From assembly GCA_965287045.1 (NCBI GenBank), contig OZ336876.1, positions 50,220,001 to 50,284,000 on the forward strand: 64,000 nt of DNA, given 5' to 3'. The stretch is from Carcharhinus amblyrhynchos (taxonomy: Eukaryota). Every line of letters starts with the position of its first letter. The stretch's first letter is position 1. The position numbers and the translations under genes were made by a program. Shown piece after piece: positions 23,245 to 36,844 of the stretch. The notes under the pieces were generated by a model. It saw only the letters and a program-made list of their open reading frames with translations, did not search any database and was not told the origin of the DNA.

Positions 23245-24200
23245 TAGAATGGCACATCCAAGGCGAGCATATAGTGCATCGAAGGTAAAATATCCCAAGT
23301 TGCTTCGCCCAAGGAGTGTTAGAAAATAAAATATGACACCAGGGCAGAGAGATAAAGAGAGGGAGCATTGAAGGGTGGATATTTCAGAGCTTAGGGTCTG
23401 GGCAGCTGAAGGTGCAGTCATCAGCGGTAGAGCGATTAAAGTCTGGGATGCTCGTGAGTCCAGGAGGCCAGTGTTAGAGGACCACAGACATCTCAGAAGA
23501 TTGTGGAGGGCTGAAGGAGATTACAAGAATTAGGGAGAAGTGAGACCATAGAAGGGATGTGAAAACAAGGAGGAGAATTTTTAAATCAAGATGTGACTTG
23601 ACTGGGAGATAACAGAGCTAAACAAACATAGAGGCAAGAGGAAGGGAGCTTTATTCTCAACAACTCTTAGTTTGGATATACAATTATTAAATTCCTGATT
23701 AAATTTGGAAATTTTCCACCTCCTAACCAGGCAACGCCTTATATAAAGACAATTTTTACTTTTTAGGATCAAAATCTAATTTGTGTCATTCAATGAGACA
23801 GTGTTAAATCCTACTACAAAGTTAAGTAAGTGAGGTCAGGAAGGAATGCAATTTGTTTTATGTAGTACTCTTAAATTCACTATCACTTTGGATTTGAAAG
23901 TCTGTATAGAAGTCAGAAACATGGATTAGCACTTTAAAAGTCAAGATGTTGTGCGTCTGTGAGCAAATATATATGTCAGTGAGCACAGAAATAATGGATG
24001 AATGAATAGGACTTAGATTGAGTAAGGACATAGGCAGCAGAGTTTTGGATCATCTCAGATTTATGAAGGGTGGAATGTGGGAGGCTAGAAGTGCATTGGA
24101 ATAGTGTACATGTAGCAAAGGCACTATATAAATACAAAGGCCTTCCATGGATGGGCTGAGGCAGAGGTGCAGTCTGGTAGTAGCTGGTCTCAACAGATAG
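23245..24200 (-). mobile_element. Degenerate L2 3' fragments (two pieces, ~23245-23660 and ~23975-24200)
   Basis: ORF 23976-24203 contains LPHSTLHKSEMIQNSAAYVLT (L2 'QN.AA..LT' motif); 3' UTR similar to 59915-60300. Confidence 0.65.
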
Positions 24201-26119
24201 CATGGATATGTGGCTGGAGCAGCCAGAGAATCCTTTGAGAAATCTGTATCCCTATATTGCTCCTGTGAAATGCCCTGGGGCATTTTATTACAGGTACTCT
24301 ACAAATATAATTCGTTTTGTGTAATACTCTTAATTTCATTATCACTTTGGATTTGGAAGTCTGCTTAGTATCACTTACTGGATTGACAAATTAATCAGTA
24401 TTGTTAAAAAAATCAGTCACATCTGATACAAATACAAAAAGTTCCTAAATTTCACTCTGGAATTTGTAATTTTACTGAAAATATAAAACGTTATGTCCAT
24501 TTTAGACCCCACCCGTTATCCACACTGCTCAATTTTCTTTTTCATTGGAGGCAGATAACAAATGGTCAATCTAATACCAACTGTTTCCGGCCCGAGCTGA
24601 AGTAGCAAGTTCTGCTCTCAAAAGTTACTTCTATTTTAAACTAGATCACAATGATACAGCCAGTCCCAAAAGTCATAAATTATGTCTCTGTTAAGCAAAG
24701 ACAGCTCCATCTATTTGAATGGATTTGCAATCTATCTCAATCTTGACCATTATAAATGCTAGTGGCGATAGCACTGCGCTATTTTATCATGCTAATATTG
24801 AATCAAATAGTTCCCCTGCTAATTTTTGAATGATAAAGGGTGAATGCGTCTGCATGTTTGAATGATTGTGCTTGAGGGTGTGAGTGTGAGAACGAGTGAA
24901 TGTTTGTGTGCGTGACCTGTGTGCAGATACACATGAGTGAACCACCATCAATCTGTCACACTTTCAACATTCATCATTATGGGTTAAACTGGAAGTTTCA
25001 TACACAACTTGAAATTTATTACGTCACTTTTCTGGAAATTACAGTCAAGAAATTTCCCATAAATGAAACAGAATAAAACAAAACGGAATAAAACAAAATG
25101 TAAAAAGATTGTTAATTCTATAACAAATGGCTGAACACTTCAGTTATGGTAGGAAGTTCCACAATATTTTTCTTAAAGATCTCGTACATTTTATTTTGAA
25201 ATAAGTGAACACTGTAACCCTATTCATAAAGAGCATACTTCAAAAATAAAAATAAGTGTTAGCCCATTTTTTGAGTTCCTCCACCAAACAGGTAAGCCAG
25301 CTTCATTCTGATTGAAGCAACAGAATAATAACTATCTACAACACGTTTACAACTACCATGTGACAAGATTGTGGAATGAGATTTGGCTGCTGGTAGTAAA
25401 GAATTCACAGTTGAAAAATGCTTGGTTCACTCCATTTAAATTGCCAACCATCTTAAAATAGTTGGAGAACCATTTTGCAGCATTTTCTTATTACATATTC
25501 TTTTATTGCAGATTATTGGTGGCAGAATTGCATGATCACAACAGCAAATGAAAAACATTATTCCTTAAAATTCAATCTGAGTGGTATTACATTTACAACA
25601 GCCAGGAATGTTTGTAAGACATTAATCTGATTATCAGTTCAGATGCCACTGTAAACTGCAATGATAAAGTTTCCAGCATTATTTAAGCACCGTCTGGAAC
25701 TTCATGGGATTAGATTATAAACTTGGCTATCATTTTTGCAGTTTGCTACTTAGGGCAGATTTGTTAATGTTATTATCCGGAATTGCCATACTGTTTTCAG
25801 TCATTGTTTTTGTTGGTAGCAGCTTTCTGTGAGTTCCTGATACGTGGTAATGTTAAAAAAAACAAATATGACAAATATTACAATGTTACCTCAAATCTGT
25901 TGAGAATTGAACTGCAGCTAATGACCAGGAAATGCTTTGTCCCATGCATAGTATGGATACGGTGATAGCAATAGATTTTATCAAATCAAGAAAATTAGTT
26001 GTAAACTTTAGCTTACAGCATCACACTTACAATTAAACTTAAACCTTGCCTTAATTAGTTTCATTGCAGCTTTACAAAGTGACTGGTCATCCTTAAATTT
26101 TGATGTTCTCACTGCTTGA

Positions 26120-26335
26120 AAAAGAAAGAAACTTGCTCTCCTACAGTACCTTTAGCATGCGATCCATGTTTATAAGCAGCGTACAGATAGTGAATTAATT
26201 TTGAAGTGTAGTTATGATTGTTATACCAGCAACATTGCACACAATGTGAGTATAGCAAAGACCCACAAATAGAAACAACAGATGAGCTGAATGGTCAGTT
26301 AATCTGGAGAATCAGTTGACAGATAAAGTTGACTA
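26120..26335 (-). mobile_element. Degenerate DeuSINE-like element with L2-type tail
   Basis: Minus strand tgtttctatttgtgggtctttgctatac...actacacttcaaaattaattcact...aaaggtactgtagg..caagtttctttcttt resembles the Deu-domain 3' half as I recall it. Confidence 0.5.
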
Positions 26336-26657
26336 CTTTTGTTTCCTTAACATTTCCAGTGGTGAAAGGACTGTTAACTGCAATTCACAGCTAGCTTTGA
26401 GACACTGCCACTCTCTAATTACCTGACAAGTGTAGGAAAGTTATAACCATTTTATCCAAGCACTGAAGAGGAACAATATGACACATGAACCAATAACAGT
26501 AAATTCTCTCATAATACAGATTCAGAGTTTCCTAACATGGTACATGACCACAGACATTTATGAGATATACTGAGTCACCATTTTCCATTGTGCCATTTTC
26601 ATTTTTGTCTAAAAACCCAGCTATATTTCTATATCATATAATCAAAGAAGAAACATT

Positions 26658-26920
26658 GGCATAAAATTTCTGATCTTTGGACGGTCATATTCCGGAAGTA
26701 TCACAATGATGTGCAGGGGACCCCTTGGAAATCACCATGCACTGTAAACAGGAATTGCCCATGAGGTTTGGCTTCTAATGGGTAAATCCCTGCATCTGGA
26801 ACCCTCTGAAACTCTGAGTTAAAGTCAGGGATTTTGGATGGTTCCGATTCACTTGCCAGAATATTTACCCAGGGAGAGATGGAAGGATTAAAACCATTCT
26901 AATTCCGGGTAATTGTATTA
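26658..26920 (+). mobile_element. Unclassified dispersed repeat (MITE-like)
   Basis: 26750-26915 is an inverted homologue of ~34995-35165 (ttacc..gaa.ttaga, ttcaga.ggtt..., gggcaatt). Confidence 0.5.
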
Positions 26921-26924
26921 CCGA

Positions 26925-27450
26925 CCCCCGAATCCCCACAGGATTCCCAAACTACTTCCCCACCAACACACTCCAACCACCCTCCTTCACCTTTACAACC
27001 CTCAACACCCCCCCAACTCGAATATCCCCCCAACTAACCCCGACTAACTCCCTAACCCGCAATTACACAACTCTGCCCCATACCACCAAACCACTCTATC
27101 CTCACCCACCCACCCACCTGCCAACCTTGCCCCGATCCATTTAACTGCCAACTATGTCCCTCACTCACTACCTGCCAAACTATCACCTCATCCACCCAAC
27201 TGTCCCTCTACTCCCTCATTCGCCCAACTAACCCTCTACTCCCTCACCCACTCAACTGTCGCCCTAGCTCCTCATGCACATGCACCCTACCCTCACCCAC
27301 TTGCTACCTTAGTCCTCCCCAACCCGCCTTCCACCCTACACCCTTCCTCACCCATCTTCCAACCAGCCCCTTCACTGACCCACCCCTCACCTTAACAACA
27401 CCCACCACCCCACCCCCCATCACACCCCTACCCACTCCACCTACCTTACA
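26925..27450. repeat. C/A-rich, G-poor low-complexity tract
   Basis: Many cacc/ccctcacc/ccaact units and very few G on the + strand. Confidence 0.85.
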
Positions 27451-27941
27451 CAATTACTTACTCTCTGTGGCTTCTCAAAGTGGCTTTGAGATCTTCCAAC
27501 ACTCTACTTACCGGAATACAGCAGCTGGTGCCATAAAGAGAGGACAGGGCCTGGCTTCCCCCGATGATCCTGCACTAGGAAGAAGGACTCTCAGAAAAAG
27601 GTTCACTCCGCATTTCTGAAGAGGCCCGGTTTGGAAGTCTGTGCCAGAACTGCAGAGGACCATCTTAGGATAAAAAGATATGACTCTCTGTGTTGGGGAA
27701 ATGCAGAAAGTATCCCCACACAAGTCAGGGGGAAGAAGTTTCTGTATTTCTGGGGATTGGGATCGGCACCACGGGAGATTGCAGCAGCCAGGACTCAAAG
27801 GAACCAGATTTGCTCACAATTTCTGAGTTCTTTGGAATAATAATGATCATTTCCTGTATAAGTACGGTTAACAGAATATGTGGTGCTGTTTTTATTTCAG
27901 CTTTTAAAGTTTTATACTTTACAGTTTATTTTTGTTACGGG

Positions 27942-28192
27942 TAGGCTTACCTTAAGACTGCAATGAAGTTACTGTGAAAATCCCCAAGTGCCACACTCTG
28001 GCACCTGTTCGGGTACACAGAGGGAGAATTTAGCCTGGCCGATGCACCTAACCAGCACATACTTCAGATTGTGGGAGGAAACCGGAGCACCCGGAGGAAA
28101 CCCATGCAGACACAGGGAGAACATGCAGACTCCACACAGGCCGTGATCCAAGCTGGGAATCAAACCCGGTTTAACTACTGCACCACCGTGGT
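27942..28192 (-). mobile_element. V-SINE with alternative (non-CR1) tail
   Basis: Reverse complement of the 35992-36285 type (gaacaggtgcc.gagtgtgg...ggggattttcacagtaactt). Confidence 0.85.
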
Positions 28193-28964
28193 GCCTGATG
28201 TACTTTTTAATTTAAAAAATAGTAAATGATTTCAAAGAATTATAACTTCTTAAATTGATTTATATTACTGTTTAATCATGGATCAGTTAATCATTTACTG
28301 ATACATAAAGCATGCCCAAGCTAAAACTGCAGGATCAAATTCTGCTTCAGGTTAAAAGGTTTAAAGTCTACAAACTATTGCCATAAATTTAAAATGCAAT
28401 TAATACCTTCAAAATTTAGTCAGTTGTTAAATGTATTTGAACCAAACATTATCGTTTTATTTATCATCTTTAAATCAATTGCTTTATCAGACAGTTATGA
28501 ACCAAAGAACAAAGAAAGTGACTATCTTAATAAACATGAAAGAATGTCCAGTCAATAATCCTAAAAATAAATCAGCACAACGTTACAGTTATGGAATAGC
28601 AATATTAAGCAGTTCAGTGACTTTTTTTTGTTCTTTCCATTATGTAGAATGGAACAATCAAATTCAATCAAACTCTACATAAGATCACCTGACCTCTAGA
28701 AGACAATGCAAAAATCCTCTGCAGATTTTCAACTATTCAGCAAAATAGCATCAACTTTCATTAACTTTTTCAGAGGGCGAAGGATGTGGTAAACTAATTT
28801 TGCCTCCGAGAACTAATTAAATTTTAACTCCTTTGTATCTAATATTTACTATGGTGGTAGTGTGTTACAGGTCACTCAGGTAGTCCAAATTGATGTGGCA
28901 ACATTGATTTTTACATGCACATTATAGTCTTGAGCTATGGTAGTGAGATAGGGGAAAAGTTCAA

Positions 28965-29189
28965 ACTTTCTTTCCATCACACTGCTGGCCAGGCATCTCT
29001 CTTGCTTTTACTGCCTGCCGTTGGCACGCATTGGAAGGATTTGCAGGCTGACATTTGACCTGTTTGGCTGCATAATGAACACACCTTCCTTGGCTGTCAG
29101 GTCTTGGGGGCAGGGGGGTAGTGGTTCTCAGAACTAGAGCTTCTGGTTCAGAGGCAGGGATGCCACCCACTTTACCACAAGACCTCCCA
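28965..29189 (-). mobile_element. Short tRNA-headed SINE (family 3)
   Basis: Minus head gggaggtcttgtggtaaagtgggtggcatccctgcctctgaaccagaagctctagttc; paralog at 9745. Confidence 0.7.
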
Positions 29190-29634
29190 ACAATTACTGT
29201 ATGCTTCATTTAATTTAATTTGCTGCCAATAGTGGAAAACTATCCTCCTGTTTAGCCGAATATGCTGAATCTAATGAATTTTATTGCATCTTTCTGCAGT
29301 ATGGATACCTTGTCAGGAAAGTCTAGGATGGTTTGCTGGTGTTTGAGTCATGCTATACCCTACCAAAAGCTGGCTCCTTAAGTAATACAGCCAAGCTGAT
29401 CACTACCCAAGTTAATTTATTTCTACCAAATCAAATCAATCTCTTGAACAATCTGCAACCTTGTTCACTCTCTGCCCGAGATTATTCTTGGGTAGTTATA
29501 GTTCAGATCATCCACACTGGAGGCATAATCTCTCCTTTTACCACAAGTTAAAATAATACTTGATTCTATGATTAGTATATGCATTGTACAGCAATTTTCA
29601 CCAATGATGACTTCTGTCATTTCCCCATTACCCC

Positions 29635-29683
29635 AAACACAGACAAAAACACACACTCACACAAACACACACACAAGCACACG
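29635..29683. repeat. Imperfect (CA)n microsatellite
   Basis: aaacacagacaaaaacacacactcacacaaacacacacacaagcacacg. Confidence 0.8.
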
Positions 29684-31335
29684 TTTATGGCCTTAGAACA
29701 AATACATTATGCTACAGGTTACACTATATAAAAACTATGCATGGCAAGGTGTTATTAGCTATAACACAATGGAATGATTTCAGTGACATGTCACATGGCT
29801 CATCCAAAACTGAGATTATGAGTCTCAACAGTGAACTGCAGACACCAATTGGGTGTCCAAAAGCAGCTCATCAGTTTCGCAAGGAAAAGGTTAGTCTGGC
29901 TCCCCTCCCCAGCAGTGGCCCTCAGCTAGGTCCTGGAAGGAGGTGGTGGAAGGAAGGGAGGAATTTATTGAGAGAGAGAGAGAGGGTGAGCGATCAGGAA
30001 GGCTAAGGGAAACAATGGGAAGGGGCCAAGCTGGGACTGGCAACAGTCTACAGGACTCCTGTGAAGCCAAGTGGAGCCCTCCTTCTCCTCCCAGCTCCAC
30101 ATTCAGGTAAGTATTTTTTCAAAAACTTACCTTTATGGTGGCGGCCTCCAGCGGTCCCTTTAAGGACTGCTGGTTAGGCCGCATGTAGACACGGTTATCT
30201 TGAACGCAGCTGGCCCGGTGCCAGAGAAAGGAGAAGACCTATGCAGAGGAAAATTGTTATTGGGATTTCTAAATAAAATAAAATAATATGGCCATATTTA
30301 ATTATATGTTAAGAGAATTATTTGATTTTTATGTGCTTCTTATCATAAGTCATTGGCTCAAAAAGCAACATAGCAACCAAAAGAAATTGGAGTAAAACTG
30401 TTCCAACAATTTTGTCGTGTTTCGGCCGGTTGCTGATTGGTTGATAGATTTTCTCATTAGTCAAGTACATTGATGTACTTGCTTTTAATTGATTTGCATC
30501 TAGTCCATCAGAATCTTGGGTCAATTTCAATTGTTCCCAATGGACATGTATGACCTTTAAAAAACTATAATATTGCAGAGTTGCTGATTGTAGCTGATGC
30601 AAAACTTCAATATTACATACTGAATCTTAATATATATTTTGTACTTTTCTATTATTTTCCCACATTCATTGGAAGGATGGACAAAAGAGAAATTTCAATT
30701 CCCAAAGAGCTAATGGACCACTTTATGCTAACAGCATCAATAGTTCTGAGTCCAACCCCTCCCCGAATTCTTTACTTTTCAATTTCCTTGACTGACAGGC
30801 TTAGACTGTTCAGATAGCCCTCAGAGTCAGATCAAAGTGTTGGATTGTACTCCAGTGATGTAGCCAATTGACCACGTTTGCATGTTAACTAATTACATGC
30901 ATGCCTGTAATTATCTTGTTATTACTATCGTTTCAGGCCCAATTTTAACCTGCGAGAGAAATGCAGGATCAAAAGATGGCCCCATGTTAATGTTTCCTCC
31001 TGAACTCTAGCTGAAACAGGGAGGGATGATCCGCATGATCAGCAGGTCTGCCTGAAAAATTGCGTGGCTGCCTGCTCCCACCAGAGAACAGCCTTAAGCA
31101 AGGGGAGGGAAGCCCTGGGCAAGGAAGACCCATGGTGTACTTGTGGGGCCAAGAACACTCCTTGTGTCCCAAAACCAGTCTTTAAAAAAAATTGAAAGCA
31201 AGACTTACATGGGCCACACCTGCCATCAGCTTTGTCAGTCAGATCGGTATCTGGCCAGGACTTAGATGACCCAGAATTAAAATCGCAAGTATGCTACAAA
31301 TTTGCATTTGTAATTCGGTCCCTGAATTAACTAGA

Positions 31336-32088
31336 ATGAAAGCAAAGTACTGCAGATGCTGGAAATCTGAGATAAAAACAGGAAGTACTGGAAATACTCA
31401 GCAGGATTGGCAGTAGAGTCAAAGAGAGTTTGAGTCTAATATGCTTTCTTCAGAACTGACTTTCTACACTGGGGAGACTAAATGTGGATCGGGTGACCAC
31501 TTGCAGAGCATCTCTGCTCTGTCTTTAAGCATGACCCCGGCCTACCAATTGCTTTGCTCGCGTGCTCACATTTCTATCCTTGATCTGCTGCAAAATTCCA
31601 CTGAAGCTCAATGCAGGCTCAAGGAACTGCACCTCATCTTTCAATTAAGCACTCTATAGTGGTTTGGACTCAACACTGAATTCAACAACTTCAGACCATA
31701 CACTCTGTGTTCCCCATTTTGATTTTGTTTTTTGTGGGGTGCCAGGTTGAATCTTATTTTTCATGTTTTCCCTTTGGAGAGCTGTCTATTACTCTGGCAT
31801 TTGTACTCATTCTGGACAAATGCTTTGTCTCTTTGTTGCATCCATTGCCACTTCCAGTGTCTTTTGTTTCATGGCATCTTTGTTATTTAATCTCTTCTAC
31901 GCTTTACTCTATCCCAGACCTTCCCTTTTGTTCTCCCCACTGTCCCCCACCCCCCACTTTTGACAATGTATAACCCATCATGTTTCTACCTTCTTTCAGT
32001 TCTGAAGAAATCATATTTGACTTTGACTCTATTTCTCCACAGATGCTGCCAGTATGGCTGTGTATTTCCAACACTTTCCATCTTTTGC
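31336..32088 (+). mobile_element. 5'-truncated Penelope-like element: inverted pLTR (31336-31459), GIY-YIG C-terminus, pLTR
   Basis: ORF 31441 FYTGETKC..GDH...HISILDLLQNSTEAQCRLKELHLIFQLSTL then GLNTEF; ends form an inverted pair (cttcagaactg / cagttctgaag). Confidence 0.85.
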
Positions 32089-34557
32089 CCACTTATCTAG
32101 GACAGGCGACTGCCCCAAAGCCGGGTAATCACCAGTTAAAATTGCCTGTGTTGTGAATCGTGTGGGAAGTTCGTAAACTCGGTTTTAGCTGCCAGACAGG
32201 CTGGATTAAAATCAAGTCTTGGAATTTTTACTACCAACCATACTATTGCAAATTATCATATAATGGCCTCCACAAGACAATCATTGAAACAATTTCATGT
32301 CAAATTTGCATAACAACCAAATATGGTCCAGGTATTTCACACATGTCATGACTCACCTTCACTTATGCAACACTCAATATCATTTTCCCGAGGTTACTGC
32401 TTTCCAAATTCCATCAGTAACAGCCATAAATAATCACTTATTCTATTCAGAAAAATTATCAACTGTTGCCAAGTGGTTACTTACTTAGAAGTTTAAATAA
32501 AGATTAACAGTACAATTACATGAAATATGTGATTATTTTAATTTTCTTGTAGCTCTTTTATGTTATTGGCCAGCTGTAGCTGCCATGTTCCAAAAGTGAA
32601 CATGATAGAGTATAATTGTGGTAATAATTAGGCAGGTCTGTAATGGTTCCAATTTATGTGATAAATATGCAGTTGATTGCAGTCATCAGCAAAGCCTGTA
32701 CTACACTGTGTACTATAATAATATAGTTCTAGGGTGTATTAACATTACCAAATCACAACATTATAGTGATTGTTACATTGACATTATACAGGATTATTGG
32801 ACATGGTGACTTAACAACAGTAACATTACAAAATTAGGTTTACATAATGTACATCAAGCTATTAGAGAAAAGAGCAGTTGTATGGGATTGAAAGACATCT
32901 TTAAACAAAAAAGCCAGTGAAATTATTTTCTGAAATACAATGATGATTTTGGGCGCTCCTTCTATTTGTCACTCAAGTGCCCAATTCTCTGATGGGTTAC
33001 AGATATGATTAAATTTATGAGAAATCGTAATGTCTTTCCATAACTGATAAAATGTGTCCACGTTCTCTAGTGTATATAGCAATTTCCTCAATGGTCTAAA
33101 TATTGAACTTCTTGAGGAAAGTTGTAGAGATGGGGGAGAAGAATAAATAATTTCCCTCACAGTTTAGTTGTGGGAAACACTCCAAGCTTCAAATTCTCAA
33201 CGGTATATGCTTAAATTCTTAATGGTTTACCAGATGCTCTTCCTGCTCATTTTGCGATATATTTAATAACCCAAATTTAAATATCTAAGTCTTTGGATTC
33301 TCTTCCCAAGGTTGGATCCATTTGAATGCTCTTTTTTAATCTAAGTTATAATGGATTTTCCCAACTTCAAGCACTGTCCCTGGTCAGTTGGACTGTTTGG
33401 AAACCTGCATTAAGCACTTATATGCCAATTGTCAGCTATTCCAGAATATCTGAGGGCAGTGTAGGATTACAGAGTCCTCTGCCTCCCTGCGAGCATCAAA
33501 TCATCTTCAAGTAATTCGTATGATCAGCATCTCACCGTGTGAAGAACCAAGGGCACATAACTCATTCCCACCTATCACCCCTAATAATATGCACACATAG
33601 GAGGTGAAATTGGGCTTTTACAACACAATTTATAGGGTGTCTGGTTTTCTTTTCCATTAAAGCAAATGGAAAGAAAATCAAGTTTTGGACAAAGCCGACT
33701 GCTGATTCACTCTGAGTACACTACCGGTAAAGACCAATTTCATCACGCTACATAACGAATTTCTAATTCAGTTCATTGTGAACAGTGAACAGAAAATTTC
33801 CATGTTGGGAGAATTCTGACTAACCACACTAATTTGCAAAGTTAATTCAAAAAGAATGCTATTTTTTCACATGTAGAGAAGTGCTAACACCACAACCCTC
33901 TCCTTATTGTCAAGCAGCTATCAAAACAGGGCCAAATGCTTTTCTATTTAGTGTATAGTGCATTTATCCTAATGCTTTTCTATTTAGTGAACAGCTGTTT
34001 GACCAGATGTCCCTTGTTGTTCACACATTATACTGTGTGTCATGTTTCAAATGTAAATGTACACTACCTATATCTTTTGGCCCTCTCCAGACACAAAGAA
34101 ATGTAAGCAAACCAGGTTTGTTGGAGGAAATCCATCTTCGACGTCTCAACTTGCATTCAAACCTTTTACAACCAAATCAGTCCAGCTAATTTTTCATCTG
34201 TAATATATCCTTTTCCCAAGTCCGGCCTAAATCCCCATCACCAAAGATACTCCATCTCTGTCTAACAAACAGCTGTTAATGACAAACAGATTTCATTGCC
34301 TTGGAGTATGACAAAAGCATCTTCATAGCAAATCACACAGCAGCCAAAGGCCTAGAAATTTAGGCGCACTTATTTCTAGAATATGTATCTGTGCACCATT
34401 AATAGCCAGCATTCAAACAGTGAGGTCCAAGGAGCGTCCACAACATAATGTGGACACTGCTAAGGTATGAGCGTGCAGGGGTTAGTGTTCCAATTTCCAG
34501 ATACAAGTAGGATTGGATTATGGGAGTCTGGGGAGGGAAATGAGTAAATGTTTGAAC

Positions 34558-34897
34558 TAGGGTTGCCAATTGTGATTAAATGTGTTCCTGGAGGTTTCAT
34601 CACATGACTTATCCCCAGTCTGCCAACACATCCGGCCTGCTAACGCACTGCCTTCCTTTTCTAACTGAAAAGCAAAAGGACGCATTATCCAATCGGAAAA
34701 TGCTTGACAGTCAGCCAAACAGACTTTTATTTCCCATTTTCAACATTTTTATATCCAGTAAAGAGAAAAGTTCAAAGAAAATGACAAAAAAAATCATCTT
34801 TTTTAAAGCCCCTCTAACTTTCTCCAGGGTTTCAAACAGCAGTGTTCTAGAGTCAATCTTCAATTTGTGCAGAAATCCAGGATGCTTGGCAACCCTA
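34558..34897. mobile_element. hAT-type MITE
   Basis: Perfect 12-bp TIR tagggttgccaa / ttggcaacccta; TSD not recognisable. Confidence 0.75.
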
Positions 34898-35577
34898 ATT
34901 GTGGCCTTAAGTCAAGATTTGATAGGGAATCAGGAAGGATAATCATGGGGTTATCGTGGATCAGATAGGATGATCCGGAGCTCGGAACTACTGGTTAGTT
35001 ACCCAGAAGTTAGATGAGGTATTAATTGTTTTAACTTTTTCTGAGTAACTATGAGTGTAACCCTGTCAGGACTATCCGAAGTTTGCGATTTAAATCACAT
35101 TTTCAGATGGTTCACATTGCAGGGCAATTGCCCAGAGGAGGTTTGAACTTCTGGGTAATTGCTGGAATCAAATGTTAACTTGTGAAAATCTGAGATGGAT
35201 TCCCCAGTGCATCTTTGAGGTACTCCCCCCTACCCCACCAAATCTGATGCTGGGGAGCTCGAATGTTATGACTCAGTATCATAGAGTATAGATTAGTATT
35301 TAACATCCCTTTTGCAGGATCCAACAACAAATTGTCCTTTTAATTGTGCATAATTTCTTTTGCTCTTATGCAAGAAACAGTCTTCAGACTTTTGAAATAT
35401 TAAATTTTTAACCTCCGTTCCCTGCCCACTACCCCCCACCACCCCCCCACCTCCCCCGCCCTTTATTGAGAGATCTCTATTGAGTCCAAAGTCCTCAGGA
35501 TCACCACATTTCACAGATGAACAAAACAAGATAAGATGAGGTACATTCATGTCCTTCTATGGTCCCGCCCCGCCCCT

Positions 35578-35875
35578 TACTATCTCTGATTACAATTCTG
35601 CACTCCTCCAATTCTGGCCTTTTGTCCTTCTTGATTTAGGTCTTCACTATTGGCAACTATAGCTTAAGCTACCTAGGCCCTGAGGAATGGAATTCCCTCC
35701 GAAACATTTAAATCTCTCTCCCTCTTTCTCCTTTTGTAAGGCTCTTTGACAAAACATTTGATCACCTATCTTTATTATCCTATATGTGGCTTGATGACAA
35801 ATTTTGTTTGATGATACTTCTGTGAAGCATTTTGGGAAGCATCTCTATGTTAAAGGCACTTCATAAATGCAAAGT
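35578..35875 (+). mobile_element. L2 3' end
   Basis: ctgcactcctccaattctggcc...ggaattccctcc...gttaaaggcacttcataaatgcaa; paralog at 50690. Confidence 0.75.
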
Positions 35876-35991
35876 TTTTAAAATTAATTTACTTATTAAA
35901 TATTCCTGTTTTATTCCTTTCATTTATTTCTGTTATATTCATACAGTTGAAAGAAATGAATGGGCATGAATAGAATTATCTTCTTCAAGCA

Positions 35992-36285
35992 GGGGTGGCA
36001 CAGTGGTTAGCACTGCTGCCTCACAGCGCCAAGAACCTGGATTCAATTCCTGGCTTGGGTCACTGTCTGTGTGGAACTTGCACATTCTCTCCATGTCTGC
36101 GTGGGTTTTCTCCGGATGCTCTGGTTTCCTCCCACATTCCAAAGATGCAGGTTAGGTGAATTGGCCATGCTAAATTCTCCCTCAGTGTACCTGAACAGGT
36201 GCCGGAGTGTGGTGACTAGGGGATTTTCACAGTAACTTAATTGCAGTGTGAATGTAAGCCTATTTGTGACTAATAAATAAACTTT
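35992..36285 (+). mobile_element. Full-length V-SINE with alternative tail
   Basis: Head gtggcacagtggttagcactgctgcctcacagcgcc, V-domain, tail ...ggattttcacagtaac...tgtgactaataaataaacttt. Confidence 0.9.
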
Positions 36286-36844
36286 AAAAACCTGTTTATC
36301 GTGACTCAAGAATAGGGAGAACATAAGAACATAAGAAATAGGAGCAGGAGTAGGCCATCTAGCCCTTCGAGCCTGCCCCGCCATTCAACAAGATCATGGC
36401 TGATCTGAAGTGGATCAGTTCCACTTTCCCGCTTTCTCCCCATAACCCTTAATTCCCTTGTCTATCAGAAACCTATCTACCCGTGACTAAAATATATTCA
36501 GCGAGGTAGCTTCCACCACTTCAATGGGCAGAGAATTCCAGAGACTCACCACCCTTTGAGTGAAGAAGTTCCTCCTCAACTCCAATCTAAACTGCCCCCC
36601 TGCCCCTTTATTTTGAGGCTGTGCCCTCTAGTTCTGCTATCCTTTCTAAGCAGGAAGAATCTCTCTACCTCTACCCTATCTAGCTCCTTCATTAACTTAT
36701 ATGTCTCTATAAGATCCCCCCTCAGCCTTCTAAACTCCAGTGAGTACAGACCCAGTTTATTCAATCTCTCCTCATAGGCTAGCCCCCTCATCTTCGATAT
36801 CAGCCTATTGAACCTTCTCTGCATTCCCTCCAAGGCCAATATAT

